The notes below the pieces were generated by a model. It did no database searches and was not told where the DNA came from. It saw only the letters and a program-made list of their open reading frames with translations. This document shows, piece after piece, positions 1 to 11,678 of a stretch of DNA of 64,000 nucleotides; position 1 is the stretch's first letter, and each line of letters begins with the position of its first letter. The stretch comes from Candidatus Latescibacterota bacterium (GTDB taxonomy: Bacteria > Latescibacterota > UBA2968). The stretch lies in NCBI GenBank assembly GCA_965207885.1, contig OZ242311.1, positions 1,984,001-2,048,000 on the forward strand, given 5' to 3'. Position numbers and translations under genes: made by a program.

Positions 1-2
1 AG

Positions 3-362
3 TTTGGTCTGATGGAGATGACCCGCCAGCGGGTGCGTCCCAGTTTGATGTCCACTTATTCTGCGCCCTGCCCGCAATGCCATGGCACGGGACATATTCC
101 GAGCCAGGAAACCGTGCTGTCGCGCATCGAACGCTGGCTCAAACGCTCTCGCGCAGCCGCGCTCGAAAGACGGCTCACTGTGCAGGTTCACCCCACACTC
201 GGATTTTATTTGCTCGAAAATCGCAGGGAGCGCCTCAGAGCTATTCGCAAATCCACCCGGGTTTGGCTTGATGTCGAATCGGCTCCGGATTTGAGCGAAG
301 AAGATTATCGCATTTTTTCCAGAAAGCGGAAGGTTGATGTGACAAATGAAGTTCAAACTTGA
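3..362 (+). CDS. Rne/Rng family ribonuclease, C-terminal part (5' truncated by window)
   Basis: FGLMEMTRQRVRPS and CPQCHGTG Zn-link motif of RNase E/G; typical position upstream of rplU-rpmA. Confidence 0.9.
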   Translation, partial: FGLMEMTRQRVRPSLMSTYSAPCPQCHGTGHIPSQETVLSRIERWLKRSRAAALERRLTVQVHPTLGFYLLENRRERLRAIRKSTRVWLDVESAPDLSEEDYRIFSRKRKVDVTNEVQT

Positions 363-502
363 CATAAAGTACGACTTCGGATAAATTTAGCTCTCTTTGG
401 ATTTTCCGAATCCACACCGGGTCGGGAAGTTTGTTTGTAAATAAAAAGTGGGGGCTGGGAACTGGTGGTTGGGGACTGGAACAGTTTCTGGAGGTTTTGA
501 GT

Positions 503-820
503 ATGTATGCAGTGGTCGATATCGCTGGTAGCCAATACAAGGTGCAAGAGGGCGATCATATCCGCGTGGCCCGGCTCGATGCCGAGGAGGGGGATTCACT
601 TACTTTTCCCCAGGTGTTGCTCGTAGGTGACAGCGATGAAATTAAGGTGGGTACGCCTCAAGTTGAAGGGGCTACCGTTGAAGTGAGTGTTAAAGGACAT
701 GGTCTCGCAGACAAAGTCATGATTTTTAAGATGAAGCGCCGCAAGAATTACCGGCGCAAGAGAGGGCATCGGCAATCTTATACCGATCTTCAGGTTGAAA
801 AAATTGTAGCGGAAAGCTAA
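503..820 (+). CDS. rplU: 50S ribosomal protein L21
   Basis: [14 protein letters not shown]...[14 protein letters not shown]; start moved to ATG 503 behind GGAGG. Confidence 0.97.
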   Translation: MYAVVDIAGSQYKVQEGDHIRVARLDAEEGDSLTFPQVLLVGDSDEIKVGTPQVEGATVEVSVKGHGLADKVMIFKMKRRKNYRRKRGHRQSYTDLQVEKIVAES

Positions 821-837
821 AATCGAGGAGGCTTTTC

Positions 838-2033
<1,196 letters not shown>

Positions 2034-2048
2034 AATAGAATTATGATT

Positions 2049-2167
2049 GTCATTGCGGCATGGTTTTAGCCGCAATCCAGTGGTTTTGAGCCGTCACACG
2101 CGTGTAGCGGTTCCTAAGTCAGCCCGTTCAATCTCCCCAATAGAAGGGTAGTTGGACGGGCTTTTAT
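2049..2167 (+). terminator. Three consecutive hairpins: a REP-like GTCATTGCGGC..GCCGCAATCCAG, a middle stem, and a final GC stem plus T-run (likely mdh terminator)
   Basis: attgcggc/gccgcaat, gagccg/cggttc, agcccgttcaa/ttggacgggct followed by tttt. Confidence 0.5.
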
Positions 2168-2197
2168 CTTATGTGCAAAAAATGAGAGGACGATCAA

Positions 2198-4333
2198 ATG
2201 CAAGATAGCCAGGTTAGTCGCATTCCCAACTTTATCTGGGGCATTGCCGACGATGTGTTGCGCGACCTGTACGTGCGGGGCAAGTACCGCGATATTATTC
2301 TGCCGATGACGGTGATTCGACGGCTGGACGCGGCGCTCGAGCCGACCAAGCAGGCTGTTCTCGCTATGCGAACCAGACTGGACGAGGATGGCGTTATTGA
2401 GCAGGAAGCCGCTCTGAAACAGGCTGCCGGGCACGCTTTTTACAACGCATCGCCATTCACGTTGCGCGATCTTCGCTCCCGCGCCAACCGGCAGCAACTT
2501 CGCGCTGACTTTGAGGCGTACCTGGAAGGATTTTCGTCCAATGTGCAGGATATTTTGAAGAATTTTGAGTTTCGCAATCAGATTCCGCGTTTGTCCGATG
2601 CCGATGCTCTCAGCGCGCTGATTGAGAAATTTCTGTCGCCGGATATCAATCTGAGTCCCTATCCGGTGGAGAATGGCGATGGCTCTGTGCGGTTTTCCGG
2701 TCTGGACAACCACGCGATGGGGACAATTTTCGAGGAATTGGTGCGGCGGTTTAACGAGGAGAATAACGAGGAGGCGGGCGAACACTGGACGCCGCGCGAT
2801 GCTGTCAAGCTGATGGCGAATCTCATTTTTCTCCCGGTGGCCGACGAGATTGAGTCGAGTACCTATTTGCTCTACGATGGTGCTTGCGGTACGGGTGGTA
2901 TGCTGACTGTCGCAGAGGAGACGCTTCGAGATCTCGCCCAGGAGCGCGATAAGCAGGTTTCCACGCATCTTTACGGACAGGAGATCAATGCCGAGACCTA
3001 TGCCATTTGCAAGGCGGATCTGTTGCTGAAGGGCGAAGGTAGTGCGGCGGATAATATTATTGGTGGACCGGAGTATTCGACGCTTTCCAATGATGCTTTC
3101 CCCTCCCACAAGTTTGATTTTATGCTCAGCAATCCGCCTTATGGCAAGAGTTGGAAGAATGATCTGGCTCGCCTGGGGGGCAAGAGTGGCTTATCTGATC
3201 CGCGATTTCTGATCGCTCATGACGGCGATGCGGAGTATTCTCTACTCACCCGCTCCAGCGATGGGCAGATGCTGTTTCTCGCCAATCTGCTTTCCAAAAT
3301 GAAGCGCGATACCACGCTGGGTAGCCGCATTGCCGAGGTTCACAATGGGAGTTCCCTGTTCACAGGTGACGCCGGGCAAGGTGAGAGCAATATTCGCCGC
3401 TGGATTATCGAGAATGACTATCTGGAGGCGATTGTCGCGCTGCCGCTCAATATGTTCTACAATACGGGTATTGCCACGTACATCTGGGTGCTTACCAATC
3501 GCAAGCCAGCGCGTCGGCGTGGCAAGGTGCAACTCATTGATGCTACTGAGTGGTATAGCCCTCTGCGTAAGAATTTGGGCGCCAAGAACTGCGAGTTGTC
3601 CAATGGCGACATTCGCCGCATTTGTGACGCTTTTCTGGCGTTTGAGGAGACCGAGCAGTCGAAGATTTTTCCCAATAAAGCATTCGGCTACTATAAGGTA
3701 ACGGTTGAACGACCACTGCGCCTCGCTGTGGATTTGTCGCGTGAACACCGCGGTCGGTTTCGGGATGCGTGCTGCGAAGCAGATGAAGAACCGCTCGCCG
3801 ATGTGGTTGATCGGGTGGCAGAGAATATTGGTAATGGTCCCCATCTCAATTTCAATTGTTTTACGGATGCGGTTGACGCAGAGGCGTCTGAGCAGGGTGT
3901 CAAGCTGATCGCTAAACGGAAAAAGCTGTTGCAAACGTCGCTGGCATTCCGAGATGAAACCGCCGAGCCAGTGATTAAGAGGGTTCACAAATTGGGCAAT
4001 AGAGAGCCAGATCCGATTCGCGGTCTGGTAGAGGCGACTGTGAATGACCAGTGCGTTGTCGTTGAATATGAACCCGATAGCGAGTTGCGCGATACCGAAC
4101 AGGTGCCCCTGCTCGATGAGGGTGGTATTGAGGGCTTCTTGCACCGCGAGGTGCTGCCTTATGCTCCGGATGCATGGTACGTTCCGACGAGTGTTAAAAT
4201 TGGCTATGAGATCAGCTTTACCCGTCACTTCTACAAGCCACAGCCCATGCGTTCACGAGAAGAAATCCGTGCTGATATTTTGAATTTGGGGCGGGAGAGT
4301 GAAGGGGTGTTGGCAGAGATTATGGGGGAGTAA
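2198..4333 (+). CDS. hsdM: Type I R-M methyltransferase subunit M
   Basis: NFIWGIADDVLRD, GEHWTPR, YDGACGTGGML, YGQE, NPPY. Confidence 0.96.
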   Translation: MQDSQVSRIPNFIWGIADDVLRDLYVRGKYRDIILPMTVIRRLDAALEPTKQAVLAMRTRLDEDGVIEQEAALKQAAGHAFYNASPFTLRDLRSRANRQQLRADFEAYLEGFSSNVQDILKNFEFRNQIPRLSDADALSALIEKFLSPDINLSPYPVENGDGSVRFSGLDNHAMGTIFEELVRRFNEENNEEAGEHWTPRDAVKLMANLIFLPVADEIESSTYLLYDGACGTGGMLTVAEETLRDLAQERDKQVSTHLYGQEINAETYAICKADLLLKGEGSAADNIIGGPEYSTLSNDAFPSHKFDFMLSNPPYGKSWKNDLARLGGKSGLSDPRFLIAHDGDAEYSLLTRSSDGQMLFLANLLSKMKRDTTLGSRIAEVHNGSSLFTGDAGQGESNIRRWIIENDYLEAIVALPLNMFYNTGIATYIWVLTNRKPARRRGKVQLIDATEWYSPLRKNLGAKNCELSNGDIRRICDAFLAFEETEQSKIFPNKAFGYYKVTVERPLRLAVDLSREHRGRFRDACCEADEEPLADVVDRVAENIGNGPHLNFNCFTDAVDAEASEQGVKLIAKRKKLLQTSLAFRDETAEPVIKRVHKLGNREPDPIRGLVEATVNDQCVVVEYEPDSELRDTEQVPLLDEGGIEGFLHREVLPYAPDAWYVPTSVKIGYEISFTRHFYKPQPMRSREEIRADILNLGRESEGVLAEIMGE

Positions 4334-4489
4334 ATACCATGTCCAATGCAAACCCCTTCTTAAAAACAGGCGGGGATGGGCTTGAATGTGTGGGTAAAGT
4401 TGACTATACTAAATGCAGACTGCTATCACTCTGAATGCAGACCGAAATAAATAAGTGCTTGACCGCTAAAAGAAGGGCGAGGAGACAAA

Positions 4490-5536
4490 ATGCCACAAAA
4501 AAATGACTTAAAGAAAATTTACGCAGTAGATCTTTTTTGCGGTATTGGTGGATTGACAAAAGGTCTCGATTTGTCTGGCATTAGCGTCAAGGCAGGTTTC
4601 GATATTGATCAGTCGTGCCAATACGCATATGAGGCAAATAATCCTCAATCAAAATTTTTCACCGCCGATATTCGTGACATTCAATTCAGCGATATTGCGC
4701 CACATTATAAGGGCGCGGATATTGCGGTGATGGCCGGTTGTGCGCCTTGCCAGCCTTTTTCAGCGCATAATCAAAATAGAAAGACGCAAAATTGCCGAAC
4801 GGATGATTGTTCTTTGGTCGGGGAATTTGCTCGTCTTATTAGAGAGGGCTTGCCCGACTTAGTCACTATGGAAAATGTTCCCGGCCTCGCCAAACATGAA
4901 GCATTCGACGAATTTCTCATAATGCTCAACGACTTGGGTTACAAGTTGGACTATGATGTTTTGTCATGCGCGGATTACGGTGTTCCACAAAACAGAAAAC
5001 GCCTTGTTCTATTAGCATCCATGTTGGATGAAATTTCTTTGCCGCTCCCAATGAAAAACAAAAAGACTGTTGCCGATTTCATTCAACATTTGCCTGCGAT
5101 TAAAGATGGAGAAGTCTCTCCCGATGACCCTGCTCATATTTCGATGGCATTGTCTCCTAAAAATAAATTACGAATTCGCCAATCAAAACCGGGGGGGACA
5201 TGGAAGGATTGGGATGAGGATATTATCAACGATTGTCATCGCAAGGCATACTATTCATCGTCCTACGGTAGAATGAGTTGGGATGCGCCCGGGCCAACTA
5301 TCACTACGCAATTCTGTTATTACAGCACTGGACGATTTGGACATCCTGAGCAGGATCGAGCAGTATCAGTTCGTGAAGCTGCATTGTTACAAACTTTTCC
5401 ACTCGATTACAAATTCGCAGAGCCGGGGCAACCTGTTGTCATAACGAAAACGGCTCGGTACATTGGCAATGCTGTGCCGGTCAAACTGGCTGAAGCCATT
5501 GGGAAATCACTTATAGAGGCGGCAAATGTCCAATAG
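4490..5536 (+). CDS. C5 cytosine DNA methyltransferase (M.HgiDII-like)
   Basis: DLFCGIGG, APCQPFS, ENVP, YGVPQNRKRL, GRFGHPEQDRAVSVREAALLQTFP, IGNAVP. Confidence 0.93.
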   Translation: MPQKNDLKKIYAVDLFCGIGGLTKGLDLSGISVKAGFDIDQSCQYAYEANNPQSKFFTADIRDIQFSDIAPHYKGADIAVMAGCAPCQPFSAHNQNRKTQNCRTDDCSLVGEFARLIREGLPDLVTMENVPGLAKHEAFDEFLIMLNDLGYKLDYDVLSCADYGVPQNRKRLVLLASMLDEISLPLPMKNKKTVADFIQHLPAIKDGEVSPDDPAHISMALSPKNKLRIRQSKPGGTWKDWDEDIINDCHRKAYYSSSYGRMSWDAPGPTITTQFCYYSTGRFGHPEQDRAVSVREAALLQTFPLDYKFAEPGQPVVITKTARYIGNAVPVKLAEAIGKSLIEAANVQ

Positions 5537-7553
5537 CAGATACAAAATGAGCATCAGTTTGAATGTACTCAACCACTTGGGATTGAACCTGTATAGCAAT
5601 ACGCCAGCGGTGCTTGCCGAAGTAATTGCCAACGCTTGGGATGCCGATGCTACCGAGGTAAAAGTTGATTTCGATATTGGACAGAAAACAATCACCGTTA
5701 CTGATAACGGGCACGGAATGGACCTGAGTGATATCAATGATAAGTATCTGCATGTCGGGTATCAAAAGAGGGGGGTTGAATCTGATTATCACACGCTTGG
5801 TGGTAGAAAGCCGATGGGTAGAAAAGGTATTGGGAAGCTGTCTTTGTTCTCCATTGCAAAAAAAATCTTTGTCTATAGCCTCAAAGAAGGTGGTGAGAAC
5901 GAATCCTTTTTAATGGATTCAGACGAGATTAAAAAGGCTATACAAAATGAAGACCCGTCATCGCCGGGAGAATACGAGCCTGAACCAGTGCCGTTTGACG
6001 CTGACATTGAGGAACAGGGGACGGTCATAAAAATTACGGAACTGAAGAAGCTGCGATTGACACAAGCGTCAATCAATGGGCTTAGAAAGAGAATTGCTCG
6101 CAGATTTGGGATCATTGATGATCAGTTAGGCTTTCGTATCGTCGTGAATGGGAAAGAAGTAAGTTTTTCTGACCGAGATTATTTTCATAAAGCTCGTTTT
6201 ATTTTTCAATATGGTGATTATGACTACGCTCAATATTGCCAAAATTTAGACACGGATAGCGACACAGGCGAGAAGATGAGCTTTGAACGCCCCTTCCGTT
6301 TCGATTCGGAGGGCAATGCTACTGAAGAAGGGGAATACAAGATTAGCGGCTGGATTGCCATCGCACGTCACTCTAACGATTTGGATGACCGGGGGCAGGA
6401 CGATAATCTGAACAAAATTACGATTGTTGTACGGGGTAAAGTTGCCCTAGAGGATATTCTACAAGAATATCGCATGGGATCAATGATAAGCAAGTTTATC
6501 TACGGAGAAATCAACGCTGATTTTCTTGATGAAGATGGTAAGGATGACATCGCCACTTCCAGCCGCCAGAGACTTGTTGAGGATGACCCACGGTATATCG
6601 CACTTAGGAAGTTTATTGATAGGGAACTTCGGACTATAAGGACAGAAACCGATAAGCTAAAAAGAAATAAAGGTATAGAAGAGGCGGTTAAGCACAATCC
6701 CCATATCAAAGAGTGGTATGATGAATTGCAGCCGCGTGACTTGCAAGAATCAGCAAAGAAAATTTTTGCAGTTATTGACCAAGCCGGCGTTGATGAGACG
6801 TATAAAAATGATTTATATGCCAATGGCATCTTGGCTTTTGAAAGGCTAAAAATGAACCACGCGCTGGAGAAATTAGAAACCATCGATGCGTCCAATTTAG
6901 ACGAGTTTCTTAGTTATTTGTCTGATGTCGATGCTATAGAGGCGGCACACTACCACGAGATAGTTCAAGAACGACTCAGTATAATCCGCAAATTACGAGA
7001 GCAGGTTGACAAAAATGTTATTGAATCGTTATTACGGGATTACATATTTGATCACTTATGGCTTCTTGATCCTGCATGGGAACGTGCAACCGTGTATAAA
7101 AACATGGAACAAACTCTTCAAAGAATCGTGGATGGAGTCACCCAAAAAAACAGGTTCGTAAGAACAGATATCAGATATCGTAGGGTTTCCGGCGCACATG
7201 TGATTATCGAACTAAAAAGACCTAAAAGGCTTTTGGAAAAGACAGAAATTGAGTCTCAGGTCCGTAAGTATATTGATGCCGTTAGCAACGAATTGAAAAA
7301 GGATCCTAATGAGAGCCATTTCCTTATTGAATCATTTTGCATTGTAGATAGACTGCCTCAGGGATGGGAGGATCGTGAAACCCGAAGAACCGACGAAGAT
7401 TCATTGAAACTTTATCGTATTAGAGTTCTCACTTATACCGAACTAATTAACAATGCTAACTCAGCATACTCGAAGTTTATTCAGGCATCCGAGTCAGTAA
7501 CAGAGTTGCGTACTCTGCTTGATAACATCCGGACATATAAAAAAGTGCCGTAG
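5526..7553 (+). CDS. GHKL/MORC ATPase with C-terminal PD-(D/E)xK nuclease (BbrUII/HgiDII-family restriction enzyme)
   Basis: LNVLNHLGLNLYSN..EVIANAWDADA, DNGHGM, GRKGIGKL; C-terminal HLWLLDPAWE..TDI..IIELKRP; overlaps the MTase stop. Confidence 0.8.
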   Translation: MSNSRYKMSISLNVLNHLGLNLYSNTPAVLAEVIANAWDADATEVKVDFDIGQKTITVTDNGHGMDLSDINDKYLHVGYQKRGVESDYHTLGGRKPMGRKGIGKLSLFSIAKKIFVYSLKEGGENESFLMDSDEIKKAIQNEDPSSPGEYEPEPVPFDADIEEQGTVIKITELKKLRLTQASINGLRKRIARRFGIIDDQLGFRIVVNGKEVSFSDRDYFHKARFIFQYGDYDYAQYCQNLDTDSDTGEKMSFERPFRFDSEGNATEEGEYKISGWIAIARHSNDLDDRGQDDNLNKITIVVRGKVALEDILQEYRMGSMISKFIYGEINADFLDEDGKDDIATSSRQRLVEDDPRYIALRKFIDRELRTIRTETDKLKRNKGIEEAVKHNPHIKEWYDELQPRDLQESAKKIFAVIDQAGVDETYKNDLYANGILAFERLKMNHALEKLETIDASNLDEFLSYLSDVDAIEAAHYHEIVQERLSIIRKLREQVDKNVIESLLRDYIFDHLWLLDPAWERATVYKNMEQTLQRIVDGVTQKNRFVRTDIRYRRVSGAHVIIELKRPKRLLEKTEIESQVRKYIDAVSNELKKDPNESHFLIESFCIVDRLPQGWEDRETRRTDEDSLKLYRIRVLTYTELINNANSAYSKFIQASESVTELRTLLDNIRTYKKVP

Positions 7554-7554
7554 A

Positions 7555-8859
7555 ATGACCGCCCACTTGAAACCCTATCCTTCCTACAAGCCCTCCGGTG
7601 TTGAGTGGCTCGGCGATGTGCCAGCGCATTGGGGAGTAGTAAGAATCTCTGCGACAGCAGGTGGCGGCGTGGACTCTTTCACCGACGGTGACTGGATTGA
7701 ACTACCCTATATCACGGACAATGGAGTCAGGCTCATTCAGACGGGGAACATAGGTATTGGGATGTATCGCGAACAGGGATTTCGCTACATCAGTCAACTA
7801 TCGTTTGACACGCTTCGCTGCACCGAAGTCAACCCTGGTGACGTTTTGATTTGCCGCTTGGCCGACCCTGTCGGTCGAGCTTGTCTGGCACCAGATCTCG
7901 GCGTGCGGATGATCACATCCGTTGATGTGTGCATCCTTAAGCCCTCTGAACAGTTCTCGGCCAAATATCTGGTTTTCCTCTTGAGTTGCAATCATTACCT
8001 CAACTATGTGGCGTCTCTCGTACGGGGCGGTACGCGTGATCGCATCAGTCGGTCAATGTTGGGAGTCATCAAAATTCCTTTTCCACCCCTCTCCGACCAA
8101 ACTGCCATCGTCCGCTATCTCAACCAGGCAGACGAGCGCATCCGCCGCTACGTCAGCAGCAGGGAGCAACTCATCGAACTGCTGGTGGAATATCGGTCGG
8201 CTGTCATCCACCACGCTGTCACGCGCGGCCTTAACCCCGATGTGCGCTTCAAGTCCTCTGGCGTGGAGTGGCTTGGCGATGTGCCGGTGCATTGGGAGGT
8301 GAGGCGGTTACGGTCTCTTGCTAAAATCACAACTGGTGGACAGGATACAATCAATCAACGAGACGATGGCAAGTATCCTTTTTTTGTTCGGTCTCAGACT
8401 GTTGAGAGAATAGATACGTGGTCTTTTGATGGTGAAGCAGTTTTGACAGCCGGGGATGGAGTAGGTGTTGGGAAGGTCTTCCATTATGTCAATGGAAAGT
8501 TCGACTATCATCAACGTGTTTACAAGTTCAGTGATTTTAGTGCCGTTTCGGGAAAGTTTTTTTTCCACTACTTTAGGGCACTACTTCGCTTTGAAGTGTT
8601 GCAGGGAACTGCGAAATCCACGGTAGATTCCTTGAGACTTCCAATGTTGCAGAACTTTCCTGTGGCTCTCCCATCCCTTCCCGAACAAACCGCTATCGTC
8701 GCGTATCTCGATAAGGCCACCGCCGATGTTGATGTCGCCATTGACCGTGCGCGACGAGAAATTGAGTTGCTGGGCGAATACCGCACCCGGTTGATTGCCG
8801 ATGTGGTTACAGGCAAAGTAGATGTGCGCGAGGCAGCGGCTGAGTTGTCTGCTGTTTAA
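7555..8859 (+). CDS. hsdS: Type I R-M specificity subunit S
   Basis: Two K(P/S)SGVEWLGDVPxHW conserved repeats, two TRDs, P(P/S)Lx(D/E)QTAIV spacers, LIADVVTGK end; start ATG 7555. Confidence 0.95.
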   Translation: MTAHLKPYPSYKPSGVEWLGDVPAHWGVVRISATAGGGVDSFTDGDWIELPYITDNGVRLIQTGNIGIGMYREQGFRYISQLSFDTLRCTEVNPGDVLICRLADPVGRACLAPDLGVRMITSVDVCILKPSEQFSAKYLVFLLSCNHYLNYVASLVRGGTRDRISRSMLGVIKIPFPPLSDQTAIVRYLNQADERIRRYVSSREQLIELLVEYRSAVIHHAVTRGLNPDVRFKSSGVEWLGDVPVHWEVRRLRSLAKITTGGQDTINQRDDGKYPFFVRSQTVERIDTWSFDGEAVLTAGDGVGVGKVFHYVNGKFDYHQRVYKFSDFSAVSGKFFFHYFRALLRFEVLQGTAKSTVDSLRLPMLQNFPVALPSLPEQTAIVAYLDKATADVDVAIDRARREIELLGEYRTRLIADVVTGKVDVREAAAELSAV

Positions 8860-9494
8860 TGTACAGAAATAGAGATTATATGGACAATCGCTCAGTTCTC
8901 AAGATGACGCCCGGACGCGCCGCACTGGTCGGGCTGATGAACTGCTATCTTCGCGGCTTACTGGATCCATTTATAACGTTGCTGGAAGTGCATAAGCTCA
9001 TGTATTTTATGCAGGCCGCATTCGAGCCGTTGAAACTGAAATTCGCCAAAGGTACGTATGGACCGTATGCTGAGAACCTTCGGCATGTGTTGAACGCCAT
9101 TGAGGGATATCTGGTGTCTAGCTATGCCGATGGTGGTGCTCCCGATAAGGAATTGGAATTGGTTCCGGGTGCGCTCGACGATGCCCATGCGTTTCTCGAA
9201 AACACACCTGAAACGCAGGCGCGCTTTGAAAGGGTTTCCGCGCTCATTGAAGGGTTCGAGTCGTCGTTTGGCCTGGAATTGCTCTCTACGGTGCATTGGA
9301 TCGCCAGCGAGGAGAAGATATTGGATTTTGACGATATCGTGAATCATACTTATGCCTGGAGCGAAAGAAAGAAGCAGTTTTCACAGCGTCAGATTAAGAT
9401 TGCATTTGATGTTTTGTCGGAGAAGGGCTGGATTGAGCATACCGATGGGCGTGAGACAGCGCATCCGGGAAGGACATCTGAAAAAAATAAGTAA
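8859..9494 (+). CDS. DarG-like antitoxin C-terminal domain only (macrodomain absent)
   Basis: KMTPGRAALVGLMNCYLRGLLDPFITLLEVHKLMYFMQ..YGPYAENLRHVL..FGLELLSTVHW matches the DarG C-terminal region; no macrodomain upstream. Confidence 0.7.
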   Translation: MYRNRDYMDNRSVLKMTPGRAALVGLMNCYLRGLLDPFITLLEVHKLMYFMQAAFEPLKLKFAKGTYGPYAENLRHVLNAIEGYLVSSYADGGAPDKELELVPGALDDAHAFLENTPETQARFERVSALIEGFESSFGLELLSTVHWIASEEKILDFDDIVNHTYAWSERKKQFSQRQIKIAFDVLSEKGWIEHTDGRETAHPGRTSEKNK

Positions 9495-9668
9495 AGGAAA
9501 CGAGTTTGAAAAAGGATATTATAGAAAAGAAACATATATAAATATTTGTTTTGCAAAGACTTGTCCTTTACTAAATTTTAGAATATTTTGAGAGTTTAGT
9601 AAAGGATTTAGCAAAGCCGCGTCGTTTTTCAAGCTCTTAATTGACTGTGGGCATAAATTTTTCAACTT

Positions 9669-9852
9669 TGTTTGACGGTTGTTTGATGGTTGTTTGATGG
9701 TTGTTTGATGGTTGTTTGATGGAAAACCCGAAAAATGACTCGGTGAAGCAGGTGTGATTTTGTAATGCATTGTTATTAAATCACTTACTGTTTTGTAATT
9801 TGTTTGATGGTTGTTTGATGGAAAGCCAAATGACCATTGACACCATCGAGCG
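9669..9852 (+). repeat. ~150-180-bp direct repeat, copy 1: (GTTTGATGGTT)n array, spacer with IHF-like AT tract, second 11-mer pair
   Basis: About five tandem 11-mers at 9669-9722, then gaaaacccgaaaaatgactcgg...cacttactgtttt..tttgtttgatggttgtttgatggaaa. Confidence 0.85.
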
Positions 9853-9870
9853 CGGTGCGGAGGTTTTGAT

Positions 9871-11349
9871 ATGAACGGTCAACGTTCCCCCGAGTACCTG
9901 GAAGGTCTTCTCCGAGAGCTATGTGCTTTGCCGTACGAGACCGAGTGGGTAGAATTTAAGGAAGACAACACTGACCCACAGGAGATCGGCGAGTATCTTT
10001 CTGCCCTTGCCAATTCGGCGGCACTTGCGGGCAAAGCCGCGGCCTATCTGGTGTGGGGTGTGCGCGATCAGGACCACGCAGTCGTGGGGAGCAACTTTGA
10101 TCCCAGGTCCGCCAAGAAGGGAAGTGAGGAACTGGAAAATTGGCTGCTACGTTTGCTCGAACCGAAGATTGATTTTCATTTTTTTTCCTTGAGTACCGAG
10201 AAGGGGGCAGTCATCCTGACGGAAATTAACCGTGCTTCGCGGCATCCGGTACGCTTTGCCGGTCAGGAATATATCCGTGTGGGCAGCTATAAGAAAAAGC
10301 TCAAGGATCATCCCGAAAGAGAACGGGCGCTGTGGCGCATTTTTGACCAGACGCCATTCGAGGAAGGCGTTGCACTTGAACGGGCGACGGGCGACGATGT
10401 TGTTCGTCTGCTGGATTGTCAGGCCTATTTCGATCTGCTGAAACTGCCACAGCCGAGGACCCAGCGCGGCCTCCTTGAGGTGCTGGCGAGCGACGAATTG
10501 ATCCGGCCTTCGGTAGCTGGTGGATGGGACATCACCAATCTCGGAGCGATACTCTTTGCCAAAGATCTCGACGATTTTCGAACCTTGCGTCGAAAGGCCA
10601 TGCGTGTTATTCATTACAAGGGTAGTGGCCGGTTGGAGACCTTGAAGGAACGCGAAGTCCCCAGGGGCTATGCTTCTGGATTTGAAGGGCTGAACGAATA
10701 CATCCACGCGTTATTACCTGAGAACGAGGTTATTGAACAGGCTCTGCGCCGAACAGTAGCGACATTTCCAATCGTAGCCGTGCGCGAACTGGTCGCCAAC
10801 GCACTCATCCATCAGGATTTTTTTGCAACGGGAACCGGGCCAATGGTAGAAATATTCGAAGGCCGAATCGAGATTACCAATCCCGGCGCACCTCTCGTCG
10901 ATATTGACCGATTGGTGGATGCAGCACCGAAATCGCGCAACGATAAACTGGCATCGCTCATGCGGCGCTTCAACTTGTGTGAGGAGCGCGGTAGCGGCAT
11001 CGACAAGGTGGTATTCCAGGTTGAGTTGTTCCAACTTCCCGCGCCGTTGTTCGAGATACCTGGAGATGCCACTCGCGCTACGCTTTTTGCGCCTAAGGCA
11101 CTAAGGGAAATGAATCGGCAGGAACGAATTCGCGCCTGTTATTTTCACGCCTGCCTGAATTATGTGCTGAGCAAACCTGTCACCAACTCCTCAATTCGCA
11201 CGCGATTTGGCATTCCAGATCACAACGCTTCGACTGCCTCACGGCTACTGAATGAAGCTGTCGAAGCAGGTGTTATCGCCGTTGAGATGGCCAATAGCGG
11301 CACCAGAAATCGCCGCTACGTGCCCTTCTGGGCGGCCCAGACGGATTGA
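9871..11349 (+). CDS. AlbA_2 (Schlafen-like) + RecG-C/HATPase_c_4 + winged-helix protein
   Basis: ETEWVEFKE..SALANSA..YLVWGV; RELVANALIHQDF..EITNPG..EERGSGIDK; C-terminal wHTH ending YVPFWA. Confidence 0.85.
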   Translation: MNGQRSPEYLEGLLRELCALPYETEWVEFKEDNTDPQEIGEYLSALANSAALAGKAAAYLVWGVRDQDHAVVGSNFDPRSAKKGSEELENWLLRLLEPKIDFHFFSLSTEKGAVILTEINRASRHPVRFAGQEYIRVGSYKKKLKDHPERERALWRIFDQTPFEEGVALERATGDDVVRLLDCQAYFDLLKLPQPRTQRGLLEVLASDELIRPSVAGGWDITNLGAILFAKDLDDFRTLRRKAMRVIHYKGSGRLETLKEREVPRGYASGFEGLNEYIHALLPENEVIEQALRRTVATFPIVAVRELVANALIHQDFFATGTGPMVEIFEGRIEITNPGAPLVDIDRLVDAAPKSRNDKLASLMRRFNLCEERGSGIDKVVFQVELFQLPAPLFEIPGDATRATLFAPKALREMNRQERIRACYFHACLNYVLSKPVTNSSIRTRFGIPDHNASTASRLLNEAVEAGVIAVEMANSGTRNRRYVPFWAAQTD

Positions 11350-11355
11350 CGGCCA

Positions 11356-11510
11356 TTTGTTTGATGGTTGTTTGATAGAAAACCCGAAAAATGACTCGGC
11401 AGGACAGGTCTGGCTTCATAAACCATTGTTATCCAAACACTTACTGTTTTGAAATTTGTTTGATGGTTGTTTGATGGAAAACCAAATGATCACTGGCACA
11501 ACCGAGCACG
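11356..11510 (+). repeat. Direct repeat copy 2 of the 11-mer/IHF module, downstream of the AlbA_2 gene
   Basis: tttgtttgatggttgtttgatagaaaacccgaaaaatgactcgg...cacttactgtttt..tttgtttgatggttgtttgatggaaa aligns with copy 1. Confidence 0.85.
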
Positions 11511-11678
11511 TTTGACACCTATTGCACAGCATCGCGATATTGGATATACTCTCACAGACTTGAAGAACCATAGTGAGGCCGCGCGAAATAATTTGAGGGT
11601 GGAGGTCTTTGAAGGGGCTATGGAAGAATTGGGTGATGTGACGATTGTAGCAGAGGTTAATGATAGAGGTTGTAACCC

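Noticed and set aside
2049-2167. tRNA or integration site at the left edge of the R-M island
   Set aside because: No cloverleaf, TTCGA T-loop or CCA; no matching direct repeat seen at the right edge.
2114-4228. Long antisense ORFs (2114..3109, 3242..4228; likewise 17197..18228, 18559..19419, 62126..62989)
   Set aside because: Shadows of well-supported genes on the opposite strand.
4339-4362. Short ATG..AAACCC frame after hsdM as a relic of the original hsdS start
   Set aside because: Similarity is too short to support.
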